Source: an uncultured Ruminococcus sp. (GTDB taxonomy: Bacteria; Bacillota; Clostridia; Oscillospirales; CAG-272). Taken from it: a stretch of DNA of 64,000 nt. Under the pieces are notes generated by a model. The model made no database searches, was not told the DNA's origin, and saw only the letters and a program-made list of their open reading frames with translations. The position numbers and the translations under genes were made by a program. Shown here piece by piece: positions 1 to 9,237 of this stretch. The DNA is taken from NCBI GenBank assembly GCA_964621755.1, contig CAZUPI010000003.1:10006-74005 (forward strand), in the 5' to 3' direction. Numbering within the stretch: the stretch's first letter is position 1; every line of letters begins with the position of its first letter.

Positions 1-2172
1 CTGTTGTCATGGTGCGGCGGAATTCGCCGGGGGATAGGGTTATTTTTTCGTAAACGCCAAATTGGTGGAGCCAAATGGTGTGCGGCGATTCATAGTCGAT
101 GTTGAATACGCAGAGGGAACCATCTTCGGGGAAGTAGCTGTAGCAAATATATTTGCACTCGACGCCGGGAGCGCAGGTATCGTCGGTTATGTACACATTG
201 CCACGGCTTTCATTGGCAATGGTATGATAGAGATAACCCATCAGGCCGCTTGCGTGCATCAGGCTGCCGGGACCTTCGTCTATGTCCAACGCGCCGGGAT
301 AAGTCCATGTGTTCAAAAAGTAGCATTTGCCCTTGCCGTACCGGCGACGGGTAAGAATGGGACGCGCTTCCTCATCGTCAATGGCGAGGATTTCAAGATT
401 TGAATCTGTGATTTCCATGTCGCCCATGGGAACACCGAGAATTCCAAACCTGCGTGGGAAGGTACAGCCTAAAGCGTCGGAACCTTGCGGTATGGTCGCC
501 CAGTAGAAATTGGGGCCACGCCTTTTGATACGTACACCGCACAGTTCTGAAAAGTCGCCGCCGTTGACTAAGGCGTCTACGCCGAAGTTCATGCTGCGCT
601 CGTCGTCCTGGGACAGCTGTGGAAGGAGATAAACAGCGTGCCGCCGCCTCGCACGTAATCCTTGAGAATTTCGTATTGCCGCGGGGAGCAGGTGTTCCAT
701 CCGGCGAACAGCAGCACCTTGTATTGAGACAACAGAAAATCCGCTGTAATCTGATTCTTCGCAAAGGAAACCACATCCACTTGACCGTATGGAGTGCCGG
801 AAAGATAAAGATTCACATAGGGTTCGAGAACGGGCATTTCCGGGAAGAAAACCTTGCGGGCGAGCTTCCAGCCGCGCTCCGGTGCGCCTTGGAACCACTG
901 TGGTTTGTCGACGGCAATGTCATAAAGACCGCCGATGGCGTAGTTGTGGTTATAGAAAGCGGTAGTCAGGTCGCCATCCCCTTTTGCCAGCGCAATGGTA
1001 GATTCCGGCTGCCCCTCCGGCGTCCCGTTTGCCTTCACATAATTCCAAAATTCAGATTGAATCTCCCGATACTTTCGACAAATGGGAGAGTCATAATTGA
1101 TGGTGGGAAAATAAGGCCGCGCCTGCTCGAGAAACGATTTCATTTCTTCCGGATGGTTTTTCAGCTCCTCTTTCACGCCGCCCCAGCCAATGATGCCGTA
1201 ACGGTCGCGGGCGTCCTGCGGGAACTTCAGCTTGGGAGAGTCAGGGGAGAGCGTGTGCTCAACAAACCAGTTGCCGGATTCGTTGATTATCATCTTGCTG
1301 CCCGCCATATATTTCATATACAGAGCGGCGCGAAGCATGTCCCAGCGGTGTGAATTGCCGTTGGGCAGCCATGAGTAATGCTCATGGGCAAGATGAGACC
1401 CCCATAGCGGAAGGTGGTGCTGCCGGTACAGACCGCGGGATAAAGCGCTTGCGAAGTTCAGACTGGGAAAAGCAAAATCCTCTACCACGGGAATTTCTGC
1501 GCCGCCCAATACTTCATAATCCAAATGGAAATTGCTGCTGGTCGCCATCACATAGCCCCAGCCCGCTTTATGGCGTTCGTCCACATGCTCCCGTACCATG
1601 CGAATGAGACGATCCGTGAGGGCGGAGAGGGTCAGCTTGCCTGTTTCCGCAATAACCTCTTTGGCAACATTTAATCCCACATTGTACCGCTCGCCAAAAT
1701 CGTAGCCTAAGTAGAATTCGCCGCCTTCTTCCGCAAATTTGGGAACCCATTTGTCCGCGCTGCTGGTGTAGAGAAACGCCGTGTAAATCCCTCGTTTTTT
1801 GGCTTCACGAAGAAAACGGAGAAGTCCGGCGCCATAGCGGTCCTTATATTTTTCGAAAACATCCGCATAATCGGATGGAACCAGATTCTTATAATTTTCC
1901 CAATCCGGCGCGGGGATATCGACGCCAACCTCGTCGAGCGCGTAAAACCATTCGGCGAGCAGACGAGGCGAGAATCCGCGCGCATAGCCCCAGACTTGCG
2001 CCAGATTGCCCTGATTGTCTTCATGAATTTTGTCCAGCATGTCAAAGGGGCTGAAGTACTGCGCCTGCCAGGAGCAATGGCCAATCATGGTGCAGAGCAG
2101 GGTATCCGTATCGGTGGGATAGACGCCGGTTCCCAGAAACAATCCTTCCGGGGGCAGTTTGATAGAGGGCAT
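1..2172 (-). pseudogene. Large uncharacterised glycoside-hydrolase-like protein (putative TIM barrel plus beta-galactosidase trimerisation-like region), split by a frameshift near 624; runs off the left edge
   Basis: ORF 589..2223 with likely start ATG 2172 (RBS AGGAG). After ...GGGTLFIS the protein-like sequence continues in the -1 frame (LPQLSQDDERSMNFGVDALVNGGDFSELCGVRI...YGKGKCYFLNTWTYPG...) with no stop to position 1. Confidence 0.6.
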
Positions 2173-2338
2173 ATAGAATCTCCTTTTCATGCGTTGCGGA
2201 GCGGAAATAAAATTGCTCTGCAATCAATTTATGTTGTGTACAATATACCATAAAATCGAAAAAAAAAGATAGTGTTTCAGTATAAAAATATAATTTATTA
2301 CCGTAAGTTCGATGTGTTCCTTTGGGAAAAATTTAATA

Positions 2339-2393
2339 AAAACAGTGAGGCGAGCTCACAAAATGTTATTTTGCAAACTCGCTTCACTGTTTT
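2339..2393 (-). terminator. Long imperfect hairpin, probable terminator of the 7-gene operon
   Basis: AAAACAGTGAGGCGAG...CTCGCTTCACTGTTTT inverted repeat just downstream of the SDR stop. Confidence 0.6.
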
Positions 2394-2419
2394 GAGGACT
2401 ATATAAAATTTGAGGACTA

Positions 2420-3139
2420 TCAATATGTGTCTCCGGATATAGGACGGATATCCAGCTGCTCAATGACCGCTTGCGGCGATAGCTTGAATACTGTCGCGAT
2501 GACGATTCCGAGGTCGCTGGTTTCCAGCAGACTGACGTCGTCTTCACTGTGTTTTTTGCGTCTCTCCGTAAAGGTTCCACCTGGATTAATCAGCGAAACG
2601 CCTATACCGTATTGCTTCGCTTCGTCGCGCAGATTGTAAGCGAAGGAGCGGAGCGCCCATTTCGAGATGCCGTATACCCCGCCTTTGTCTTGACGGATTC
2701 CGGCGGTGGAACCGATGAGCACGATTCTGCCGTTTTTACTCTTTTGCAGGAGAGGGAAAATCTTGCGTACGAGGCGGTAATGTGCGACGACGTTTGCGTC
2801 GAGAATCGTGCGCAGCTCCTCCGGCGTCGCCTTCAATACCGAACGTGAAGTCTCACGATTTGGGAAGGCGGCAGCGTTCAGCACGATTCCGTCGAGCGGG
2901 AACTTCTCTTCGAAATAAGCGGTGAGATTATCCGAATCGGTTTCGTTTGTGATGTCTGCTGCGAATGTCTGGATGGTTTCCGGAGTGCTGGAAGGATTGG
3001 CTTCCAGCAGCTCTGATTTTGCTTTTTCAAGTGTGTCGGGATTTCTGCCGATGAGCAACAGCTTATGCCCATCCTTTACGAGCTTTTCCGCGGCTGCCCG
3101 ACCAATACCGCGGCTTCCCCCGATAATAGCTATGTTCAT
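2420..3139 (-). CDS. Short-chain dehydrogenase/reductase (SDR)
   Basis: GGSRGIG Rossmann motif, NAA motif, catalytic YxxxK (YGISK). Confidence 0.9.
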   Translation of the reverse strand: MNIAIIGGSRGIGRAAAEKLVKDGHKLLLIGRNPDTLEKAKSELLEANPSSTPETIQTFAADITNETDSDNLTAYFEEKFPLDGIVLNAAAFPNRETSRSVLKATPEELRTILDANVVAHYRLVRKIFPLLQKSKNGRIVLIGSTAGIRQDKGGVYGISKWALRSFAYNLRDEAKQYGIGVSLINPGGTFTERRKKHSEDDVSLLETSDLGIVIATVFKLSPQAVIEQLDIRPISGDTY

Positions 3140-3160
3140 TGGTATGTTCAGTCCTTTTAA

Positions 3161-4042
3161 TCAATCTCTGTGCAGAATGGTATCCTTAACGTCCCAGCGA
3201 AGCGGCGGATAAGGAGTCTGGTCGCCGTAGCCAACGTCAACATATGTAACGAGACGGACATAATCGGGAACATTAAAGGTATTCTTCAGGCGATCGCAGA
3301 ATTCCTGATTCGGGAATGTCAGCCATACGCCTTCAAGTCCGGCTGCATGAGCGGCAAGTACGATATTCTGTCCCGCAGCACCTGCGTCAAGCAGCTGGTT
3401 GCGAGTCGGAGTGCCATAGTTTGCACGGTAGCAGCGCATATCCTGGCAAATTACAAGGTGAATCGGACCGCCGGGAACGTCGCTTCCCTTGAAGAGACCC
3501 GGATGGTCCTTCTCTTTTACGATGAGGTAACGTATGGATTGCACGTTGCATCCATGTGCCGCCCAAAGTCCGGCTTCCAGTACCTTATCGAGAATTTCAT
3601 CCGGAACATCTTCGTCTTTGAACTCTCTTACCGAACGGCGTTCCTTCACGATGGTGAAGAAATTGTCCTCCATCTCTTGTGTGACCGGAGTCGGCTTGTA
3701 GGGGGTGAGGTCGATGCTTTCGCCTTTTGACAGCTTTTCGGCAGCGTCAATTAAGAAGCTGGCATATTTGTATTCCGGAAGCTCTTCGGAAAGCCCTCTC
3801 TCTCTCCAAATGCGAAGCAGACGCTTTGTAAAATCCGCCTGTGTGGCGCTAAGCTGTTTGTTTCTGTATGCTGCCTGATAGGTCTGAATTTCGAGCGTAT
3901 GGTGCGTTCTCTCACGAACACGTGCACGGAACTCTACTTCATCCATCTCAAGAAGCTGTTCGTCTGTAAACTTTACTTTGCTCTGCCAAATCTCTTTTAA
4001 TTCCTCTTTCGGAAAATAATCCATACTTGTATCTCTGAACAT
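3161..4042 (-). CDS. Nitroreductase-family flavoprotein with ~120-aa N-terminal extension
   Basis: RRSVREF FMN-binding motif; DAGAAGQNIVLAAHAAGL; C-terminal VGY. Confidence 0.85.
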   Translation of the reverse strand: MFRDTSMDYFPKEELKEIWQSKVKFTDEQLLEMDEVEFRARVRERTHHTLEIQTYQAAYRNKQLSATQADFTKRLLRIWRERGLSEELPEYKYASFLIDAAEKLSKGESIDLTPYKPTPVTQEMEDNFFTIVKERRSVREFKDEDVPDEILDKVLEAGLWAAHGCNVQSIRYLIVKEKDHPGLFKGSDVPGGPIHLVICQDMRCYRANYGTPTRNQLLDAGAAGQNIVLAAHAAGLEGVWLTFPNQEFCDRLKNTFNVPDYVRLVTYVDVGYGDQTPYPPLRWDVKDTILHRD

Positions 4043-4176
4043 CTTATAGCTTTCCTTTCAAACTTTAAAAAATGATTGATTTTATTAGGAGAATAAGGGG
4101 GTGGGGGAAACCGGTACTTGCTATGCAGGCCTCGATTTTTCCAAAAAGTTTTCCCGGCGAATGAATCGAATCTGTA

Positions 4177-4959
4177 TTAGATATAGTATTCTGTATCTTC
4201 GCCCCTAGTGCTTCCTATTGTAATATCCGACATGATTGCCGATGCGACGTGGACCAGATAGGCATCGTTGCGGTTCCGCGGATAGGGTGCGGTGATCACG
4301 TATTCCTTCTGAATCTTGCCGGGACGCGGAGTGAGAAGTATCACTCTGTCTGCCAGATAAGTCGCTTCGTTGAGGTCATGCGTGATAAACAGCACGGTCT
4401 TTTTCTCCTCCTGACGGATTCGAATAAGCTCATCCTGGAGCGTGCAGCGTGTCAAGTGGTCGACCGCGCTGAAAGGTTCATCCATCAAAATTACCTTCGG
4501 ATTCATGACCAGTGCTCTGGCGATGCCAGCTCTCTGTCTCATACCACCGGATAATTGTGAGGGATATTTGTTTTCAAAGCCGGAGAGGTTCATCATAGTG
4601 ATGTACCTCTTCAGCCGTTCCTCCTGCTCCTGCTTTGGTACCCCGGCGATTTCCATGCCGAAGGCGATGTTTCTTTTGATTGTTCTCCACGGAAAGAGCG
4701 AGGCGTCCTGGAATACAACTCCGATATCGCGACTCGTGCTGTTGACCGCAACGTTGTCGAGCAGCACTTCACCGGAGGTGTGATCGAGCAATCCTGCTAC
4801 TATTTCAAGCAGCGTGCTCTTGCCGCAGCCGGAAGGGCCAACTACACAGACAAACTCTCCGTCTTTGATTTCAAGATTGATGTTTTCAAGCGCATTCGTC
4901 GGCTCACCATCGCTGTTGATGTATGATTTATAGAGGTTGTTTATTTTAATTGTAGGCAT
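4177..4959 (-). CDS. NitT/TauT/SsuB-type ABC transporter ATP-binding protein
   Basis: GPSGCGKS, VFQDASLFPW, LSGGMRQR, LMDEPFSAVD, FITHD. Confidence 0.92.
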   Translation of the reverse strand: MPTIKINNLYKSYINSDGEPTNALENINLEIKDGEFVCVVGPSGCGKSTLLEIVAGLLDHTSGEVLLDNVAVNSTSRDIGVVFQDASLFPWRTIKRNIAFGMEIAGVPKQEQEERLKRYITMMNLSGFENKYPSQLSGGMRQRAGIARALVMNPKVILMDEPFSAVDHLTRCTLQDELIRIRQEEKKTVLFITHDLNEATYLADRVILLTPRPGKIQKEYVITAPYPRNRNDAYLVHVASAIMSDITIGSTRGEDTEYYI

Positions 4960-4985
4960 GTTTGGTCCTTCCTGTTATTCTATGC

Positions 4986-5996
4986 TTATTCTGCGTAAGG
5001 GTCTGCAAGTCCAAGTTCTTCTGCTGCCTTTTCGGCAAAGGTATTGTTGATGATGCTGTCGAGGTTGTTGATATCTTCCTCAAGCCAGCCATAGCTTAAG
5101 AGGATATCCATCGAGGTTTCAACACGGTCGATCGGAATAACCGGATAGTCAAGCCATACGTCAATTTCCGACTCGACAGCGGTTCTCATAACCTCTTCTG
5201 TGGTGTTCATTTCCTTAGCCGCCCATGTAATAAACTCATCAAAATACTCGTTCTTTACCATTTCGTGAACTTTATAGTATGCGGTGATGAACTTTTGGAG
5301 GTCCTCGGGTCTGTTGTTGATGAAATCGTCTGATGCGATAATGGTACCGGTGTAGTAGTCCGGGATGTAGTCCCATGCACGACCGAGCACGTGTCCAGTT
5401 CCTTCTTCTTCTGCAAGTGCGGCGTAAGGGTTATGGATGATAGTCGCGTCAACTTCGCCGGAGACGAGGGTTGCATAAGCTGTCTGGTTTGTGCTGTTTG
5501 CAATCAGGGTTACTTCGTCTTCGGAAATATTGGCTGCTTCGAGCATCTTCAATACGGAAAGTCTCATTCCACCTGTGGTTGACGCTGTTCCGATGGTCTT
5601 GCCCTTGAGGTCGGCGAGAGACTGGATGTCGTTATTTGCAATCAGCCAGTAGCATCCGGAATATCTCCACATGTTGCCGACCAGCTTTGCGGGAACGCCG
5701 TTGTATATACCGACGATATAAGTATTGGGATCGCCGTCCGCAACGTCAATCTCACCACGTGAGAACAGGGAAAGAACGTCGGAAGAACCTACAATGTTAT
5801 CAAATTTGATTCCTTCTGCTTCGTAAAATCCCTTTTCTATTGCGAAGTTGTTTACCGCACCGGTCATACCGGTTGTAAAACGGGAACGGATTACGATATA
5901 ATCGCCATCTTCATCGCTTGTTTCTTTAGAGCCGCATGCAGACAAAACAAATATTGCCGCAATTGCCAGCAGGACAAGCAGAATTCTTTTTTTCAT
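4986..5996 (-). CDS. SsuA/THI5-like ABC substrate-binding lipoprotein
   Basis: Start MKKRILL at 5996 with GAGG RBS; lipobox LSAC; AIEKGFYEAEGI and SLADLKGKTIG motifs. Confidence 0.88.
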   Translation of the reverse strand: MKKRILLVLLAIAAIFVLSACGSKETSDEDGDYIVIRSRFTTGMTGAVNNFAIEKGFYEAEGIKFDNIVGSSDVLSLFSRGEIDVADGDPNTYIVGIYNGVPAKLVGNMWRYSGCYWLIANNDIQSLADLKGKTIGTASTTGGMRLSVLKMLEAANISEDEVTLIANSTNQTAYATLVSGEVDATIIHNPYAALAEEEGTGHVLGRAWDYIPDYYTGTIIASDDFINNRPEDLQKFITAYYKVHEMVKNEYFDEFITWAAKEMNTTEEVMRTAVESEIDVWLDYPVIPIDRVETSMDILLSYGWLEEDINNLDSIINNTFAEKAAEELGLADPYAE

Positions 5997-6031
5997 GGTA
6001 ATTACCTCTTTTTCATGTAAATTAAAATGTA

Positions 6032-6820
6032 TTATACTTTTCTCCACTTATGGCAGAAAATGTATTCGATTCCGGCGATAATTCTTACAAACAATACCGA
6101 AATCAGTGTGATCAGAATGATGATAAAGAACACTTTTGCGGTTGAAAGCGTACTCTGTGCCTGAGTCAGCAGGAAGCCGAGACCTTCACGCGCCGACTGC
6201 ATTTCGGAGAATACAACGCCGGTGAGCGCGGTTGCCGCAGAGAGACGCAGACCGTTGAACATTGAGGGAAGCGCAGCGGGTATCATGACCTTGAAAACAA
6301 GCTGTGCTCTTGACGCTTCGAATACCCGTGCCACTTTCATATACTCAACCTTACATTGCTTTGCGCCGGTGACCGTGTTATACAGAATCGTGAAAATGCC
6401 GAACAGGAAGACGAGCAGCACTTTAGATTTGAAACCAATTCCCAGCCAAAGAATGAGCAGAGGCAGAATTGCCGTTTTCGGGATGGCCATGATCGCCGAG
6501 CAGAAAACGTTCATGTATTCCTCAAGCTTTGGGAAAAGCACCCACAGTAGACCGAGTACGATACCGGTCACTGCCGCTAAGGAATAGCCGGCGAAAACTT
6601 CCTCGAGCGTGACCAGCAGATGCGGCCACAGTGTGCCGTCCGTCATCATATTGATACCGCTTTTGACGATGTCGGTCGGCGTGGCCAAGAATACCTTACT
6701 AACTCTGCCGGTCGAAACGGCGATCTGCATATATGCCAGTATCAGGGCGACTGTCAGAATTTGCAGGAGGTTGATGTAGGTAAATTTTCTTTTATGCTTC
6801 TTCTGTTGTTTTTGTTCCAT
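6032..6820 (-). CDS. SsuC/TauC-type ABC permease
   Basis: Multiple TM segments; IPKTAILPLLILWLGIG; EAA-like loop; VIPAALP-type motif. Confidence 0.9.
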   Translation of the reverse strand: MEQKQQKKHKRKFTYINLLQILTVALILAYMQIAVSTGRVSKVFLATPTDIVKSGINMMTDGTLWPHLLVTLEEVFAGYSLAAVTGIVLGLLWVLFPKLEEYMNVFCSAIMAIPKTAILPLLILWLGIGFKSKVLLVFLFGIFTILYNTVTGAKQCKVEYMKVARVFEASRAQLVFKVMIPAALPSMFNGLRLSAATALTGVVFSEMQSAREGLGFLLTQAQSTLSTAKVFFIIILITLISVLFVRIIAGIEYIFCHKWRKV

Positions 6821-7343
6821 ACGTAAACTTGCCTCCCTTTACTGCATTGCTTTCAAAGTATTCTCTTTCACAGCTCTGTCCTTCGACGATGACATTCTGA
6901 GTAATTCTATGCGAGAGGTGTTTGGTGAAATTCTCGATAGTAGTTGTATCGATTACATCGCAGTAGAAGGTGGCGAACTCCTGGAACCACGGATACTTCT
7001 TTACATATTCCCGCCAGATTACGGCGTATGGACAGTGGTCTTCGCCCCACTCGTGAATCCAGCCGCAGAACGGAAGGTCGGATACTTTTCTGAAGTTCTC
7101 CCTTGTATCGGTTGTCAGCCCTGCCGCGATAGCCTTTTCGCGGAGAGCATCCGAACGGTCGACCCCTTGCTCGAAAATTGTCTTTCTAACAAGATCTTTC
7201 GCTTTCTCTGCTCCGAATTCATCATAAAGTGTCTTTACAAAGTGAAAATAGAGCATTGCGAACTGTCTTGCTTCCAGTCTTATCTGGTCGACCATCAGGG
7301 CTCTGTCGACGGCGCCTTCAATTTTGTAGTTTTCTTTTCCCAT
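6792..7343 (-). CDS. L-2-amino-thiazoline-4-carboxylate hydrolase (ATC hydrolase)-like protein
   Basis: 183 aa with the family pattern FG.EKA...VR..I, CPYA..W, YCD.ID and G..C near the C-terminus; recognised by eye. Confidence 0.65.
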   Translation of the reverse strand: MGKENYKIEGAVDRALMVDQIRLEARQFAMLYFHFVKTLYDEFGAEKAKDLVRKTIFEQGVDRSDALREKAIAAGLTTDTRENFRKVSDLPFCGWIHEWGEDHCPYAVIWREYVKKYPWFQEFATFYCDVIDTTTIENFTKHLSHRITQNVIVEGQSCEREYFESNAVKGGKFTYGTKTTEEA

Positions 7344-7371
7344 GACTTAAACCATACCTTTCGTTCGGTTA

Positions 7372-8685
7372 TCAGCCTTCCTCTACGGAGCTGAACTTAT
7401 CTAAGAATTCAATATATTCTTCCTTATTCTTGAATATCGGCTTATAATTCTGTTTGAGCTGTTTGCCAAGCGCTGCGCCGTCCTTCAACAGACGATATGC
7501 GCTGAGGGCAAAGAGTTTTGCGGTCAGGATATATGCGGTATCTTCATCTACGACGGAGAAGGAAGTCTGATGCAGTCCGCCTGTAACGCCGCCGGTGCGG
7601 AAGGTAAGAACCGGGAGTAAATGCTGTACATCTCCTACATCGGTAGAACCCGCACTGTGTGCAGTCGGCTTAGCAATTCTCGGCTGCTCGCCGGCAACCT
7701 CTGTGATAATTTCAATCAATTCATCAGGGAAGCTCTGGGGCAGGGAGGGAAGATATCCGGGGGAAGTCTCAATCCGGTATCCAGCGCCCAGTGCAAATGC
7801 GCCTGCCTTGAATGAACGGTCAGTCTTGACAGCTGCATCACTGAAGGCTTCCTTGGTTTTGCCTCTGACGAGTGCTTCTATAACCACTTCATCGGGAATG
7901 ACATTTACGAGGTCGCCGCCCTTTGTGATGATTGGGTGTACCCGTACGCTGTCCTCATCGCGGAAGGTCTTGTCGTTAAAAGCAAGTGCCTGCAGACCAA
8001 TCGAAGCTGCGTCAAGTGCGTTGATTCCGGCATGGGGAGCTCCTGCGGCGTGCGCTGCCTTACCTTTAATCTTGATGACCTTTGCCACAAAACCGTTGTT
8101 GCTTCCGCTTCCGACGCCCAATCCTTCCGGAGAGGTATGGTGTGCGATTGCGACATCCACATCGTCAAATGCGCCTTCGCGAATCAGTTCGCACTTGCCG
8201 CCGCCGTATGCGATTTTTCCGGATGCGATTAAGGAATTCTTGAATTCAGCTTCGCCATATTCTTCTGCCGGTGTGGCGAGGAATACGAGCTGCCCATCAA
8301 GTTCTTTTGCGATTTCTTTATCCGAAAGTGCCAGCAGCGCGCCTACGACTCCCGCAAGCTGTGCATGGTGTCCACAGCAATGTGCACCGCCGGTTTCCGG
8401 ATTGACGTCTTTATAAGTCGGTATCTTGAGTGCGTCGAGCTCACCGATTAAAGCAAGTGAGAAGTTATCTTTTTTGTCCTCATTCAAATATCCCTTGACT
8501 CCGGTGATTGCGAGTCCGTCGTCCACTTTGTCGAGGTGTGCATTCAAAACTTCTTTGAATTTTTCACTGGTGCGGAATTCCTTATATCCAAGTTCAGCAT
8601 GATAAAAAATATCTCTGGCAAAGTCTATAATAAAATCCCGATTTTTATCTATTAGCTCTACGATTCTTTTTTCTGTTGCGTTCAT
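7372..8685 (-). CDS. M20 family amidohydrolase (Acy1-like/AbgB-like subfamily)
   Basis: AELGYKEF, GELDAL, HCCGH, PAEE, GKAAHAAGAPHAGINALDA, GSTDVGD motifs; likely start MNATEK at 8685. Confidence 0.9.
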   Translation of the reverse strand: MNATEKRIVELIDKNRDFIIDFARDIFYHAELGYKEFRTSEKFKEVLNAHLDKVDDGLAITGVKGYLNEDKKDNFSLALIGELDALKIPTYKDVNPETGGAHCCGHHAQLAGVVGALLALSDKEIAKELDGQLVFLATPAEEYGEAEFKNSLIASGKIAYGGGKCELIREGAFDDVDVAIAHHTSPEGLGVGSGSNNGFVAKVIKIKGKAAHAAGAPHAGINALDAASIGLQALAFNDKTFRDEDSVRVHPIITKGGDLVNVIPDEVVIEALVRGKTKEAFSDAAVKTDRSFKAGAFALGAGYRIETSPGYLPSLPQSFPDELIEIITEVAGEQPRIAKPTAHSAGSTDVGDVQHLLPVLTFRTGGVTGGLHQTSFSVVDEDTAYILTAKLFALSAYRLLKDGAALGKQLKQNYKPIFKNKEEYIEFLDKFSSVEEG

Positions 8686-8725
8686 ATGATTTTTCCTTTC
8701 ATATCCTCTTGAGGTTTCTGATGGC

Positions 8726-8793
8726 ATTATATCACAAGATTTCGTAAATGTCTAATATCATATAGGAATAGTAGGATATAGATGAAATCTATG
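8726..8793 (-). promoter_or_regulatory. Sigma-A promoter (TAGACA-17-TATAAT, extended TG) with upstream MtaR-type LysR box TATAG-N7-CTATG
   Basis: -10 at 8726-8731, -35 at 8749-8754, box 8777-8793; 35/45 ungapped identity with 21304-21348. Confidence 0.75.
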
Positions 8794-8820
8794 GATTCTT
8801 CTTGTAAGAATCCTGTAAAG

Positions 8821-8873
8821 TCGCAAAATGTTGCGATATTATTCTTGATAATTGGACATAAGCATGGTATAAT
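8821..8873 (+). promoter_or_regulatory. Palindromic operator TCGCAA-N4-TTGCGA plus sigma-A promoter TTGATA-17-TATAAT of the HTH gene
   Basis: Palindrome 8821-8836; -35 8845-8850; -10 8868-8873 with extended TG. Confidence 0.6.
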
Positions 8874-8882
8874 TTAGTAGAT

Positions 8883-8918
8883 TAACGTAAGTTTGACGAA
8901 CTTCCGAAACTCACGTTG
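8883..8918. mobile_element. Collapsed MITE-like element (two TAACGTGAGTT-type ends only)
   Basis: TAACGTAAGTTTGAC...CCGAAACTCACGTTG; the same ends occur at 14837 and 18566. Confidence 0.5.
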
Positions 8919-8943
8919 TAAAAAAGAACTGGAGAGGACGGCT

Positions 8944-9172
8944 ATGGCTGTATCATATAACAAGCTCTGGAAATTACTTATTGACAGAAAAAATGAGCAA
9001 GGCGGATTTGCGTAAGGCGGCCAACATTGCTCCCAACACCATGACCAAGCTTCGCAGGGATGAAGGGGTTTCTCTTACCGTTCTCGGGCGGATTTGCACG
9101 GTTTTACAGGTCAATATCGGCGATGTGATGAACTTTGTGCCGGAAGAAAAAAAGGAGATATGGAATGAATAA
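8944..9172 (+). pseudogene. Cro/C1 (HTH_26-type) regulator, frameshifted in an A6 run at 8988-8993
   Basis: MAVSYNKLWKLLIDRK from ATG 8944 continues as MSKADLRKAANIAPNTMTKLRRDE... only if one A is removed. Confidence 0.8.
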
Positions 9173-9236
9173 GCAGCAGCTCGCGACGAAAATATGGGGA
9201 AGCCTTGTCCCAATTCATATGCAAAGGGAGAGATAG
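9165..9236 (+). pseudogene. hsdM: N-terminal stub of type I restriction-modification methyltransferase HsdM
   Basis: MNKQQLATKIW matches a common HsdM N-terminus (MNKQQLAxKIWESAN...); AGGAG RBS; overlaps the HTH stop; sequence diverges after codon 11. Confidence 0.6.
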
Positions 9237-9237
9237 C

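Noticed and set aside
62-776. ORFs 62..403(+) and 393..776(-) as separate genes
   Set aside because: The region is explained by the -1 frame continuation of the 2172 gene
2391-2420. 12-bp direct repeat TTTGAGGACTAT as an att site or target duplication
   Set aside because: Copies are only 6 nt apart, with no matching copy at the other end of the operon and no integrase
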